Numbered from the stretch's first letter, positions 1 through 13,384 are shown. The stretch is 64,000 bases of DNA from Carcharhinus longimanus (GCA_030264375.1 JASCQW010000154.1:23012906-23076905); one strand, 5' to 3'. Program-made: numbers and translations. Notes: generated by a model from the sequence alone, not told the origin.

Positions 1-152
1 AATCTGCCGTCTTTACCTGGTCTGGCCTACATGTGACTCCAGAGCCACAGCAATGTGGTTGACTCTCAACTGCCCTCCAAGGGAAACTAGAGATGGGCAA
101 TAAATATTGGCCAGCCAGTGACGCCCATGTCCCATGAATGAATTTTAAAAAA
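1..152 (+). mobile_element. 3' part of L2-tailed tRNA-SINE
   Basis: ctggtctggcctacatgtgactccag...gggcaataaat..ggccagccag..cccatgaatgaa, shared with copies at ~230-600, 28150-28520, 39430-39578 and 40873-41400. Confidence 0.75.
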
Positions 153-234
153 GAAACCTGGGCAAGTTCTCATCAATTGAGTGATTTCTACTTGACTGTA
201 ACGGTACACCCAATGGAGACACAGTCATATAATA

Positions 235-600
235 GTAATGTCACCGCAGTAACAATGCAGAGGTCCAGGCTAAGGTTATGGCGACTTAGGTTCAAATCCC
301 GCCATGGTAGCTGGTGAAATTCTAATTCAATCGATAAAAACTGGAACTGAAAGCTATTCCCAGTAATTGTGACCATCCATTTGTTGTCATAAAAACTCAT
401 CTGGTTCACTAGTACCCTTAGGAAATCTGCCATTGTTAGCTGCTCTGTCCCACATGTGACTCCAGACCCACAACAGCATCGTTGGCTCTTAACTGCACTC
501 TACAATGGTCAACCCACTCACTTCAAGGGAAATTCGGAATGGGCAATAAATGCTGGCCAGCCAGCAACGTCCATGTCCCATGACTGAATGAAAAAATAAA
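235..600 (+). mobile_element. L2-tailed tRNA-SINE (diverged)
   Basis: B-box-like ggttcaaatccc, body catctggttcact..ggaaatctgcc, and the same tail. Confidence 0.7.
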
Positions 601-839
601 CAGAAGCATTACGTCTGGCCAATATGCTTTTGCCACATTGAATTATAAATTGATGGGTTGCAAAATTTGTTAGTTTTGCGTCACCCCCACCACCACCGCT
701 CCCCCTGCCCCAAGAAACTGTAAAATTAGTGAGAGGTCAATATGTAAATAATATCGGATGCAAGGTTATACCTATAAACGCGTGTCAAAGGAATGCATCA
801 CAAAACATATATTGAGCCAATCTATTTGTTCAACACTAG

Positions 840-1158
840 TGAAACTAGAACTAGGGGGCCTGGCCTCAAAATAAGAGGGAGCAGATTTAGGACTAAGTGG
901 AAGAGAAACTTCTTCACCCAAAGGGTTGTGAATCTGTGGAATTCCCTGCCCAGTGAAGCAGTTGAGGCTACCTCATGGAATGTTTTTAAGGCAAGGATAG
1001 ATACATTTTTGAAAGGTAAAGGAATTAAGGGTTATGGTGAGCGGGCACGGATAAGTGAAGCTGGGTCCACGAAAAGATCAGCCAGATCTTATTGACTGGC
1101 GGAGCAAGCTCAAGGAGCCAGATGGCCTACTCCTGCTCCTACTTCTTATGTTCTTATA
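840..1158 (+). mobile_element. CR1/HER1 LINE 3' end
   Basis: Encodes RNFFTQRVVNLWNSLP (CR1 ORF2 C-terminus) and has the tail atggcctactcctgctcct..ttatgttctta. Confidence 0.85.
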
Positions 1159-1164
1159 ATCAAT

Positions 1165-1430
1165 TCTGGCCTCAGGTCACTCACTGTCTGTGTGGAGTTT
1201 GCACGTTCTCCTCAGGGCTGCGTGGATTAACTCCACGTGCTCTGGTTTCCTCCCATAGTCCAAAGATGTGCAAGTTAGAGTGATTGGCCATGATAAATTG
1301 ATCCTAGTGTCAGGGGATTAGCAGAGTAAATATATGAGGTTACAGGAATAGGGCTAGGGTGGGATTGTGGTTGGTGCAGATTCAATGGGCTGAATGGCCT
1401 CCTTCTGAACTGTAGGGATTCTATGGATTC
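1165..1430 (+). mobile_element. HE1-like V-SINE, CR1-type tail, 5' truncated
   Basis: V-domain gtggagtttgcacgttctc...ggtttcctccca and tail aatggcctccttctg..ctgtagggattctatg. Confidence 0.8.
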
Positions 1431-2389
1431 TAATACATTTTGCAAAATTTTTTTCTATCCAGTTCATTCTATCGCCTAAGAAAAGCCAGATTTCCTTGAC
1501 AACGTGTAAATAATGTCAGATGCAAGGTGACATAAGTATTTTGCCCAGATTGTTCATTGGGAAGGGGGTCAGAATAAATTTGGTTTTCCTTAAAAGATAG
1601 AATGAATCACGTAACCTTGGATAGAGGAAGTTGTGCAAGATTCCTCTATCCAAGAATGGAGATTGAAAGAATGGAGTTGATCAGCTCAATATATTTTGTG
1701 ATGCTTTTTTTGACATGTAGAAGATACCATAGTGGAAAATGGAAAATACACCAGGAAGTGTTCACTCACACCACAAACTACCTGCACTACAAAAATGCAT
1801 CGTCTACCGCCCAAACAACTTCAGATCGACAGTGCAAAATGGCTGGCTGGACTCACCTTTCCCAGTAAGGGATGGCATAAAAAATAGGAAATGTGTCTCA
1901 AAAAAAGATGTCTCTCTTTTTACTGAGAGAGGGGTGTGGCATGATATGTAAAAAATTGGGCACCACTATTATAAATTGATAAAGCAGAAAATTTGTTACC
2001 AATTTCTTAAACAACTTCCCATCAACCTTCTCCATAAGGTGAGGCAACACATGCCCAGTCCCATGGCAGTCAAGTCCAGTTTCAAACTTTCTTTGATCCA
2101 AGGTATTATTTGACAGCAGCTTTGATACAAAATTCACATTGGAACATTCCTAACGATCATCTATGCTTGTTTTGAAATAATTTAGGTTGAACACCAAACC
2201 TTAGAGCTCCTGTTTCAACGTGAGGTAAGGCACACGTCTACTTAGACTGAAATAATCTGATTGACATAGGCTGGAAAAACTTCCAGATTGCACAGCTGTA
2301 GGAATTGAAGACAGGTAGAGTTGACTTGCTTCAGCTGACAGAGGCAAGGCTAAGCGATAAACAAGGTTTTGAGAGTTTTAACCAGTAAC

Positions 2390-2750
2390 CTTAGAATCAT
2401 TACAGTGCAGAAGGAGGCCATTCAGCCCATTGAGTCTGCACCGACTCTCTGACAGAATTTCTTACCCAGGCACTCTCCCCCGCCCTATCCCCGTAACCCC
2501 ACAAATTTATCGTGGCTGATCCATTTAACCAACACATCGTTAGACACTAACAGGCATTTTAGCATGGCCGATCTATCTAGCATGCACATCTTTGGAGTAT
2601 GGGAGGAAACCAGAGCACCCGGAGCAAACCCATTCAGACACATGGAGAATGTATAAACTCCACACAGACAGTCACCTATGCCAGAATTGAACCCGGGTCC
2701 TGGCCGTTGTGAGGCAGCAATGCTAACCACTGTGCCACTGTGCTGACCAT
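2390..2750 (-). mobile_element. HE1-like V-SINE (CR1-type tail)
   Basis: Reverse-complement tRNA head (A and B boxes), V-domain and CR1 tail. Confidence 0.85.
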
Positions 2751-3295
2751 AATGCAAATTAAGATTCTCAATGACACCAGAATATCTGTTACTGATATAC
2801 TGGCATTATTTCATTTTTTTTTAAGTTAGATGCCTTATTTTAAGCCTTTCGCCGACACAATGAGGGAAAATTGGCATGAGTTTTTATTTTGAATAGAAAA
2901 AGTTGAGTAATTTGATTAATCTCTCTCTAAACGGTACCTATTGCTAACCGTACATTTCTGAAGTTAATATTTTCAAACTCTGTAACTGGTGATTCACAAA
3001 TTGGGCAGTGTACACCTGTTCAGTTAAACTAGAAATTGATCTAAAAGAATAAAGGACAAAGACGATGAATGAACGTTTCACTGTTTCTTGAGATATGGTG
3101 CCTGATTTTAACTCTGCCCAAATTAATAAATTTTGATTAAATTAAACTATTGCCCAGGAACACTGGGATGGTTTGGGGAAGGAATCAGAGGACGGAACAA
3201 GAAAAGTAAATGTAGAATTTTTACAAAAGGTCATACTTCGCACTGAAGGGACAACGTTCTTCAACCTATCCCATTTTTCATCCTTGTGAGTGAAC

Positions 3296-4182
3296 CACAG
3301 AAACACGAAAAATAGGAGCAGGCCATTTAGCTCTTTGAGCCTGCTCCACCATTCATTATGATCATGACTGACCATTTCAGTAATCTGTTTCCAACTCAGT
3401 AATCTGATCCTGCTTTCCCTTCATGAACTTAAATCCTCTTCACCCCAGGAGCTATATCTAAATGCTTCTTGAAAACATGTGCTTTGGTCTCCACTGGTTA
3501 GAATCTATACACTCACCTCTCTCTGGGTGAAGAAATTTCTCCTCACGTCAGTCCTAAAAGTTTACCCTGCATCTTTACCACTGGTTCTGGACTCCTCCAC
3601 CATCAGGAACATCTTTCCTGCATCTACCCTGTCTATCCCAGTTAGAATTTTATAGGTTTCTATGAGATCTCTCCATCCTTCATTCTTCTAGACACCAGTG
3701 AATATAATCCTAAGCAATGCTATTGTTCTTCATACATCAGTCCCACCATTTCAGAAATCAGGCTGATAAACCTTTGCTACAATCCTCTACAGCAAGAGTA
3801 TCCTTCTTCAGATAAGGAGACCACAATTGCACACAATGTTCCAGCTGTAGTCTCATGAAGGCCCTGTATAACTGTAGCAATGATGTGGAAATGTTGGTGT
3901 TGGACTGGGGTAAGAACAGTAAGAAGTCTTACAACACCAGGTTAAAGTCCAACAGGTTTATTTGATAGCACAGGCTTTCAGAGTGTCACTCCTTCTTCAG
4001 GCGAGGAAGGAGCGGCACTCCAAAAGCTTGTGCTACCAAATAAACCTGTTGGACTTTAACCTGGTGTTGTGAGACTTCTTATGGTAACTGCAGCAAGACA
4101 TCCCTCTTCCTGTACTCAAATCCCTTTGCTATGAAGCCAACATACTTCTTGCCTACCTCACCGCTTGCTGCCCCTGTATGCT
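3296..4182 (-). mobile_element. CR1 LINE 3' fragment interrupted by a Penelope-like element
   Basis: CR1 tail (aggagcaggccatttagc..ctccaccattca) and degraded ORF2 3' sequence on the minus strand. Confidence 0.75.
3882..4081. mobile_element. Penelope-like foldback element (family 1)
   Basis: About 75-bp inverted arms (taagaagtct..caacaccaggttaaagtccaacaggtttattt.. / ..aaataaacctgttggactttaacctggtgttgtgagacttctta) with degenerate hammerhead motifs. Inserted within a CR1 fragment. Confidence 0.65.
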
Positions 4183-5467
4183 TAAGTCAAAATGTGATAA
4201 AAAGCAATGAAGACTTCCATCCATTCCAGTCCTCTGCAGTACGATTGATGTTGCTTGTACATAGCTTGAACGTAACCTCTTAGAAAGGTAAAGGAGGAAA
4301 CCATTCTCTTAGTATTGGATTCAACTCTGTGTCCTAGAGGTGAAAGAACTGTTCTCAGCCTCATTGCATTCATATGGGGTCAGTCATTTGGTCCTTCTGC
4401 CACAGGAACTATTTTCAAATTGTAATTCCTTTTATGCATTGACATAAACATCAATCAATTAAATACTACTGCATAAAACATAACAGCAATGCAAGTTACT
4501 ACTGCACACTCTGCCTGAGGTTATTTTCTTTCAGAAGATAAAATTTGGAGAATGCTTTTTTTCAAGAAGAAACACTGGAACAATTACCAGTATACAGGGC
4601 AACTTGACCTCAATCACCAAACATGGTTTTGAACCATTATTATTTTGTTCTATTTAACATGAAATGTAAATTGCTTCCTCTGTTGCTGTCTGAGCGGCAT
4701 GGGACATAAATCCCCATAATGTGTACCTAATGACAGATAATGTAAGCTATTATGGGGGTTTAAATTCCTTTGAGTCAAAAAAGCAAATGATATCGCAGCA
4801 TTAGAATGAAACATCCCCAACCAAGATTAGAGTTTGGTTAATGATTTTAGTAGATCCTGATTGAAGTAAAATTGCCATCCAAAATCAAACCGGAGACAGA
4901 TATCCATTTTACAGTTTTACATTAGTTGTGTGCACTGATTTTGGGAATCTCTGAATAAAAAGCCATGTTGAAGAATTTCCCACAGTGATTTTTGTCCGTA
5001 TTCAAGAGGTGACTAGATATAGCACTTGGGTGAATGGGATCAAAGGTTATGGGGAAAAAGCTGGATTAAACTATTGACTTGAACAATCAGTCATGATCAT
5101 AATGAATGGTGGAACAAGCTCAAAGGGCCAAATTGTCTCATCATGTTCCTATCTTCTTTGTTTCTATGTAATTTATTTTTCCTTTTGCCTTTCTTCTCAA
5201 AAGTTNNNNNNNNNNNNNNNNNNNNNNNNNNNNNNNNNNNNNNNNNNNNNNNNNNNNNNNNNNNNNNNNNNNNNNNNNNNNNNNNNNNNNNNNNNNNNNN
5301 NNNNNCTTTGTTTCTATGTAATTTAGTTTTCCTTTTGCCTTTCTTCTCAAAAGTTGATAATTTTCTGCCATTCTCCAGTATATTTTGCAGAAGCCAGAAC
5401 AGCAAATGTTTGGTCTATTCTACCACGTGAGGCATCGTACATGAATAATTTCCAGATGGATGATCAC

Positions 5468-5828
5468 TATGGTGGCACAATGGTTAGCACTGCTGCCTCA
5501 CAGTGCTGGGGACACCAGTTCGACTCCTGGCTTGGGTCACTCTCATGTGCAGAATCTACATGTTCTCCCCCACGTCTGCATGGGTTTCCTTAGGGTGCTC
5601 TGCTTTCCTCCCCCAGTCTGAAAGATGTGGTAGTTAGGTGTATTGGCCATGCTAAATTCGTTCTCCGTGCACCTGAACAAGCGCCAGTTATTTGGTCCTT
5701 CTGCCACAGGAACTATTTTCAAATTGTAATTCCTTTTATGCAGGTGTGGCGACTAGAAGATTTTCACAGTAACTTCATTGCAATATTAATGCAAGCCTAC
5801 TGGTGACACTAATAAGTAAACTTTAAAA
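5468..5828 (+). mobile_element. V-SINE with alternative (type B) tail, carrying a 58-bp insertion
   Basis: ggtggcacaatggttagcactgctgcctcacag head and tail gtggcgactag..ttttcacagtaacttcattgca..aataagtaaacttta. Confidence 0.85.
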
Positions 5829-6244
5829 CATGCAGGCACTTCAAAACAAAGGATGTTGAATTATGTATAGTGACATGGATTTGTTAGTTGACTAAAATGT
5901 CATGGACTCATGACATTTGAACATATAATCTCATAATGATTCACCAATATAGTATCGAGCAGGTCCCATACTGGTTATAAGGACCAAAAATGATTAAATA
6001 AATAGAAATCTGAGCATACGGATAGTGCAATTATGCCATGGCATTATACATCAGGTCCACTAGATGGAGCTAGAATGTTCATTTGATTAAAGTCTGCTAT
6101 GTTTACTTTCAGTACAAATGACACAACGATATACGTTTGAGCACAATTTATAGCCTAATATTTTTTGTGAACAAATGAAGTGGAGATAATCCTTTGAAAT
6201 TATTCTCTCCAAGAAAGCAGAGAGAAGGAAAATCACAGAGTAAT

Positions 6245-6410
6245 AAAGGCAAAATACTGTGGATGCCGGAATTGGAAACAAAAACAGAAAATGCTAGGGA
6301 AACTCAGCAGGTCTGACAGCATCAGTGGAAAATAGTCTGCTGAGTTTCTCCAGAATTTTCTGTTCTTATTCCACAGATGCTGTCAGACTTCTGAGTCTCT
6401 CCAGCATTTG
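6245..6410. mobile_element. Foldback repeat family 2 (Penelope-like)
   Basis: aaactcagcaggtctgacagcatc...gatgctgtcagacttctgagt inverted pair. Related sequence at ~34815-34910, ~37310-37395 and ~43360-43510. Confidence 0.5.
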
Positions 6411-6454
6411 TGTCATGCACTAATAACTTGAGTAGTGTACAACATAGTAAAAAT

Positions 6455-6770
6455 GGTGGCACAGCAGCATAGTGGTTACTACAGCTGCCTCACATTGCCA
6501 GGGGCGCTGGTTCGATTCCTGGCTTTGGTGACTGCCTGTATGGAGTCTGCAAGTTCTCCCCTGTTTCTGTGTGAGTTTTCTCCGGGTGCTCTGGTTTCTT
6601 CTCACAGTCCAAAAGACGTGCTGGTTCGGTGGATTGGCCATGCTAAATTCTCCTTCAGTGTACCCAAACAGGCACTGGGGTGTGGCGACTAGGGGATTTT
6701 CACAGTAACTTCATTGCAGTGTTTATGTAAACCTACTTGTAACACGAATAAATAAACATAAAACTTTAAA
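6455..6770 (+). mobile_element. V-SINE type B
   Basis: tRNA head, V-domain and type B tail ending aataaataaac. Confidence 0.85.
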
Positions 6771-7777
6771 AAAAACTTAAATGTTCCAAGAGAGAAGGAA
6801 AATCATGGAGGTTTAGCAGATGTGACAGACACCCAAGCGGATGTTAGGACAGGTGACTAAAGGAGGCAGTCTTTAAAAGAAGTGACTTCACTCACATTCT
6901 GTATCTATATTTTAATTGTGGTCACTATTATCCTATTCACTTAACCAAGTCACATTTCCACAGTTAGATCAGCACATATTTTCACACTTACCCTTCTACC
7001 CAAGAAAAAGAACGCATTGTGAAAATTCATGACAAACACTAACTTTTCTCTTTGCCACTCAGTATACAGAACAAAGCTACTTTGTCCAAAGGTCATTCAT
7101 GGATCGGGCTTTCGGTAAACTGGAGATAAAATTAGTCCTCTGATAAATTATTGTTCCACAGGCCACTTGGTGACTCACTCTGTAATTCAGCATAAACAAA
7201 AGCTGAAAAAGCATTGAACAAAGGAGAATACTCCTCTAAATTGCAGTTGTCTCCGTGTATATTTGGGAGTAAATTATGTTCAGCTCACGATTATGCAACA
7301 AGCGATGCATTTTTCACAGTTCAGTACCTGGGAATTCATGCTAGCATTCATAATTTGCCCATGTGCACTCAAATCTTGCCTGTGATTGCTAATTACGTAC
7401 CTTTACAGACAGATTTTCTGACCCATTATAAATCTATGGATTCAGGCAATGTAAATGACTTTTTTTTTACAGTATGTGAAGGAGGTAGGAATCTTGCTAC
7501 CAATGAGAAATATTTGGCAGCAGTGGAGTGAATTGGAAATATTCAATTCAGAAGGAGGATGTGGTGGTCAAGCGTGAACAAGAGAGATTGGTTTTCCTAA
7601 AGGGAGCAGATGCAACCTCTTCCAGCATTCAGATCTCACCTATGCCAAGTGAAATTCTGATAAACATTCCAAATGGACACCTCGCAGGATTGTGCTGTAT
7701 CGGAGTTTAAATTGGAATGGAAAGTTACAGCTTCTAATCTTTCAAATGTCAATCCAAGGCACTTGAGAGCTGACACA

Positions 7778-8108
7778 CATGGCACAGTGGTTAGCACTGC
7801 TGACTCACAGTGCCAGGGACCCAGGTTCGATTCCCGACTTTGGTCACTGACTGTGTGGAGTTTGCATGTTTTCTCCGTATTTGCGTGGGCTTCCTCTGGG
7901 TGCTCTGGATTCCTCCCACTCTCCAAAGATGTGCGGATTAGGTGCCTTGGCCATGCTAAATTGCCTCTTAGTGTCCCGGGATAGATGGGTTAGAGCGATT
8001 AATGGGGCAAATATGAGGAGTTATGGGGATGGGGCTTGGGTGGGATTGTGGTTGGTGCAGACTTGATGGGCTGAATGGTCTCCTTCCACACTGTAAGGAT
8101 TCTGTGAT
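7778..8108 (+). mobile_element. HE1-like V-SINE (CR1-type tail)
   Basis: Full head (ggttcgattccc B box), V-domain and tail ctgtaaggattctgtga. Confidence 0.85.
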
Positions 8109-9471
8109 GCTATGACACCCAAGGATGGGATATTCCGGGATCGATAGGATCTTCTAGACTGTCCCAAGGCGACATCCTCCAACATTGCTGCTGGCTCCCC
8201 AGTGGCGGGGTAGACAAGGCACTCAGAATATCATAAATATTAGCGGGACCAGAAGATGTGGCCAATGGCGAGCTGCCAGAAAATATGCCACAGTAGTGGG
8301 GTCGGGGGGAAAAGGAGTGCAGAAAACCTTTGCTGCACAATAACAACAAAAGAGAATGCTGATTAAGTCTCATCCAAATTCCTACATAATCGGTGACGTG
8401 GTATTTTACTTAGAAGCATTTCAGCACTTACTGTGGGGAACTTTGCTCAAATGGTAGCTCGGGTCAGGGAATCAGTGCTAATGCATGGCTCCTTGTGTGC
8501 CCCCAGTTTCCACCACTCCTGTGTTGGCAGCCTTGCCTTCAGTTGCCTGATCCTGGGCGTCTCTAAACTTCTCTGTTCATCCCTGGCTTCCTTTCAGTAA
8601 CCCCTTAAAATTTAGCTCCTTGACAACTTGTCAGTCACTTGTATCACCTGTATATATGTCACCTGTATATATGGAACAGTATCAAATTTTGTCTCACAAA
8701 TGCCCCTTTTTTTCTCAAAGCATTTTGCAAATACAAGTTGCCGGAGTCTTGTATTCTCTGACTGGCACTTTTCATCTGGGTAAACTCCATCCTTGGAGCA
8801 CAGTGTGCGACTGAAGTTGCCTTTCATTGTACTAATGGATCTTCCAATAGCAGAGACAACCGCCTAGCAAAGAATATTTCATTTCATGGCAATGGGTTGG
8901 TTCGAAAACAATAGAGTGTTTAGAAAGAGCTATGCATGCAAAGTGCTCAGAAATGTATTAAATTATTTTTGAGTGTTGCTCAGGAAATTTGAAGTAATTA
9001 TGAATTTTTTTTATGATCCACACTTAAGGTTCTTAACAATCCAGCATTGAATAAGAAAGGAACCACCATATTCATTATAGTGTTAAATGCCTTTACATAC
9101 AGCAGTGTTCAAAGGCTCCTGCTGGTTTAACAACTCCATAGCTGGTCTGGATCTAAGTATAGCATTATTCCAAAATGGGCAAGGCATTTTTTGCTTCTAA
9201 GACAATGCTTCTGAATCTTCACAGTCAGACTGATAGGTCTTTAGGGAGACACTACAATAAATTTGGATACAATTAGACGCATTGAAAATGCTTTCCTGCA
9301 CTCATAGTGTGGTGTTCTTGTTCCTTCATATCCTTAGTGACGGAATAAAAAATCAGGAAAACTATTTAAGTGCAAGAGGGAGGAAGGAACAAAAGGCTTT
9401 ACTGATGGGATTAGGTGAAGAGGGGGTGGAAAGAGGGGCTTGTGTTCAGCACAAATGCAGGAAGAGACAGA

Positions 9472-9985
9472 ATGGCATGATGATACAATGGTTAGCACTG
9501 CTGCCTCACAGCACCAAAATCTGAGTTCAATTCCTGGCTGGGTCACTGTCTGTGTGGAGTTTGCATGTTCTCCCTGTGTCTTTATGGGTTTCCTCTGGGT
9601 GCTCTGGTTTCCTCCCCCAGTCCAAAAGACATGCTGGTAAGGTGAATTGGCCATATTAAATTCTCCCTCAGTGTACCTGAACGGGTACTGGAGTGTGGCA
9701 ACTAGGGGATTCTCACAATAACTTCATTGCAAGCCTACTTGTGACTAATAAATTAACTTTACTGCACTTTATACNNNNNNNNNNNNNNNNNNNNNNNNNN
9801 NNNNNNNNNNNNNNNNNNNNNNNNNNNNNNNNNNNNNNNNNNNNNNNNNNNNNNNNNNNNNNNNNNNNNNNNNNTCCCTCAGTGTACCTGAATGGGTACT
9901 GGAGTGTGGCAACTAGGGGATACTCACAATAACTTCATTGCAAGCCTACTAGTGACTAATAAATTAACTTTACTGCACTTTATAC
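9472..9985 (+). mobile_element. V-SINE type B (tail duplicated across a gap)
   Basis: Head, V-domain and type B tail, with the tail repeated after 100 N. Confidence 0.8.
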
Positions 9986-11029
9986 GGGCCAAATGGCCTG
10001 TTCTGGTATTGTGGGATGTAGTTATTCTCAAATCCCAGACAACGGGGAAATAGCACCAAATAGTGCCCAGATACTTTTCCAAACATGAAGGAACACACAT
10101 TGCAATTCACCTGGTATTGAGGGACATGGCTGGGCCTTGCCCTTTATTACAGTGATAGAGGGCATTGCCAAGGGGACATATGCAGGGCTCAGGTGGGGAC
10201 AGGGTTTACCTCCTCTATTGCGCGGGCCCCATTTTGCATACGGGATTTGGGAATTGTTCCCCTTGTTTGTGAGAGGGGGAGTCCCATTGTTCATGGGGGG
10301 AGTCCTGATGTCCATGTGGGGGATCCTGATGTGCTTGCAGGAAGTCACAATGTCCATTGGGTGGAGGGGGAGGAGGTACGGTAGGGTTGTGAGGTGCAGG
10401 GTGACACTTACATTTAACTTTGAGGAAGTGGCTCTTTAAAAATGGCACCCCAAAGTTAGATTCCTGGAATTATCAGTGTGTTTTAGGCCCCGCCCCTCCA
10501 GCTGGCTGTCTGATCCTTGCCAGCATTCTAAAATTGCTCAGAGTGCTGTTTAATCAGGTGAAGAAAGGTGTCTGTGAAGCCAGCGAGTTTCACACAGCTA
10601 CTACTCACCAAATCCAACAGTGTGCATTTTTGGGAAAATTGCACCCTTGGGCATTTTAATGAGACAAAGGGAATAAGATGTTTATATTACAGTTTGGAAT
10701 TTTAAGCTTGCAGACAGCAGTAACTGGGTTAAAAATAACATGCACTTAAGCTTTCACAAGTAAGCAGTGTGGTTCATGGTGTGAAAATGGGTACATTTCT
10801 CCAACTACATGGCTAATCTCATTCATGTAGATGGGTTGAAAGCATCCTTTCTGGTCACTCCTGATTTTTTTTGCCACATCACATTGGATTTAACTTAACT
10901 CAGAATTTCCACTGTCAAAGAAATTTCAGATAATGACACTTCCTGGGCCAAAACTCTTTGGACTAATGGAGCAGTGTGCAAAATATTGCTACTAATGTTC
11001 TAGTGTTTATTCGAAAAGAGTGATTGATG

Positions 11030-11330
11030 TTTAGTTATTAGTATCACAAATGGGCTTACATTAACACTACAATTAAGCTACCATGAAAATCCACAGTAGT
11101 TGCCATACTCCGGTGCCTGTTAGGGTACACTGAGGGAGAAATTAGCGTGGCCCAATGCAACTAACCTTCACATCTTTGGAGTGTTGGAGGAAACTGGAGC
11201 ACCTGGAGGAAACCCACATAGACACGGGGAGAACTTGCAGACTCTGCACAGATAGTGACCCAAGCCAGAAATTGAACTCAGTCCCTGGTACTATGAGGCA
11301 ACAATGCTAACCACAGTGCCAGCATGCCGT
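11030..11330 (-). mobile_element. V-SINE type B
   Basis: Reverse complement of the type B consensus. Confidence 0.8.
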
Positions 11331-11525
11331 GAGCATGAATTGAAGTGACAGTTTCCTTGTGTTCTTGACATAAACAAGGAGATTGAATGTAAGATCTAAT
11401 AATCCTATTAAAAGAAGAAATGTGATTAGGCTGTCCAAGTGCAGAGTGAATTCCAGCATGAAACAGAACTACTATCAAATTCTCTGGTCTTCATAAAGCA
11501 AGAACATTAAGCACTGAAAACACTT

Positions 11526-11803
11526 GGGTGGCACAGTGGCATTGTGGTTAGCACTGCTGCTTCACAGCGCCAGGAACCCAGATTTGATTCCATGCTTGGG
11601 TCACTTTGTGGAGTTTGCGCATTCTCCCTGTGTCTACGTGGGTTTCCTTCAGGTGTTCTGGTTTCCTCCCACACTCCAAAGAATTGTATGTTAGGTGGAT
11701 TGCATATGGGGTATGGGGATAGTGGGCTTCGGTAAGATGCTCTTTCAGAGAGTTGTTGCAGACTCGATGGGTCTAATGGGCTCCTGCACTGTAAAGATTC
11801 TAT
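11526..11803 (+). mobile_element. HE1-like V-SINE (CR1-type tail)
   Basis: Head, V-domain and tail ctgtaaagattctatga. Confidence 0.8.
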
Positions 11804-11944
11804 GAAAACAACATTGATGGAGAGAGTACAAATCAATTAACATTTCAAGTATAAACCTTTCTCAGCCACTACTTGTCTTTATAATTTCTGATAGATTTTC
11901 TTTTCTCCAAATCAATCCAAACAGGCACTGTTCGATGTATAGTG

Positions 11945-13085
11945 AGTGGATTTAAGCATTGGAATAGAGATGTTTTACTGCAATTGTACAGGGTCTTGTT
12001 GAGGCCACGCCTGGAGTATTGTGTGCAGTTCTGGTGTCCTTATCTGAGGAAGGATGTCCTTGCTATAGAGGGAGTACAGTGAAGGCTTACCAGGCTGATT
12101 CCTGGGATGGCAGAACTGACATATGAGGAGAGATTAAGTCAGTTACGATTATATTCACTGGAGTTTAGAAGAGTGAGAGGGGATCTCATAGAAACTTATA
12201 AAATTCTAACAGTGTTAGACAGAGAGAATGTTCCTCATGTAGGGGGGTGTGGGGGAGGGGGCAGCCCAGAACCAGGGGCCATAGNNNNNNNNNNNNNNNN
12301 NNNNNNNNNNNNNNNNNNNNNNNNNNNNNNNNNNNNNNNNNNNNNNNNNNNNNNNNNNNNNNNNNNNNNNNNNNNNNNNNNNNNNNNNNNNNNNNNNNNN
12401 NNNNNNNNNNNNNNNNNNNNNNNNNNNNNNNNNNNNNNNNNNNNNNNNNNNNNNNNNNNNNNNNNNNNNNNNNNNNNNNNNNNNNNNNNNNNNNNNNNNN
12501 NNNNNNNNNNNNNNNNNNNNNNNNNNNNNNNNNNNNNNNNNNNNNNNNNNNNNNNNNNNNNNNNNNNNNNNNNNNNNNNNNNNNNNNNNNNNNNNNNNNN
12601 NNNNNNNNNNNNNNNNNNNNNNNNNNNNNNNNNNNNNNNNNNNNNNNNNNNNNNNNNNNNNNNNNNNNNNNNNNNNNNNNNNNNNNNNNNNNNNNNNNNN
12701 NNNNNNNNNNNNNNNNNNNNNNNNNNNNNNNNNNNNNNNNNNNNNNNNNNNNNNNNNNNNNNNNNNNNNNNNNNNNNNNNNNNNNNNNNNNNNNNNNNNN
12801 NNNNNNNNNNNNNNNNNNNNNNNNNNNNNNNNNNNNNNNNNNNNNNNNNNNNNNNNNNNNNNNNNNNNNNNNNNNNNNNNNNNNNNNNNNNNNNNNNNNN
12901 NNNNNNNNNNNNNNNNNNNNNNNNNNNNNNNNNNNNNNNNNNNNNNNNNNNNNNNNNNNNNNCAAGGGGTATGGGGGAAGTGAGTATCAGGATATTATAT
13001 TTGATGATCAGCCATAATCAAAATGAATGGTGGAATAAAGGGCTGAATGGCCTACTCTTGCTTCTAGTTTTTATGTTCCTATGTT
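11945..13085 (+). mobile_element. CR1 LINE 3' fragment spanning a gap
   Basis: Encodes RPRLEYCVQFW and YEERLSQLRLYSLEFRRVRGDLIETYKI. The CR1 tail follows the gap. Confidence 0.85.
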
Positions 13086-13384
13086 TATGGCCCAGTGAAT
13101 ACAAGATCCAGCACAGCCAACTATGGTGCAAATTCCTTGAGTGTTTCATCTCTCCATCTACCTGCTACCTTTCCAACCTGCTCATTCTAACATGGAACTC
13201 ATGAAATTATCCAGCCATATGGATGAACACTGTTTACAATCATGAACAGCTATTAGATGAATAATCTATGTTTTTAATTGAGCAAAGAAATAAATAATAG
13301 TCACATAATCAGTGTAGAAATAAGAGGTGTAAAATCCAACCTCTACAACTTGCAGTTTTACTGTAGTTTCTTCATTAATTTATT

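Noticed and set aside
7778-7840. tRNA-like sequences with A and B boxes
   Set aside because: They are SINE heads continuing into the V-domain, not cloverleaf tRNA genes.
12107-13204. Long ORFs in the track (365 aa, 259 aa, 229 aa and others)
   Set aside because: They consist mostly of N-gap translations. The real residues are CR1 remnants or non-coding.
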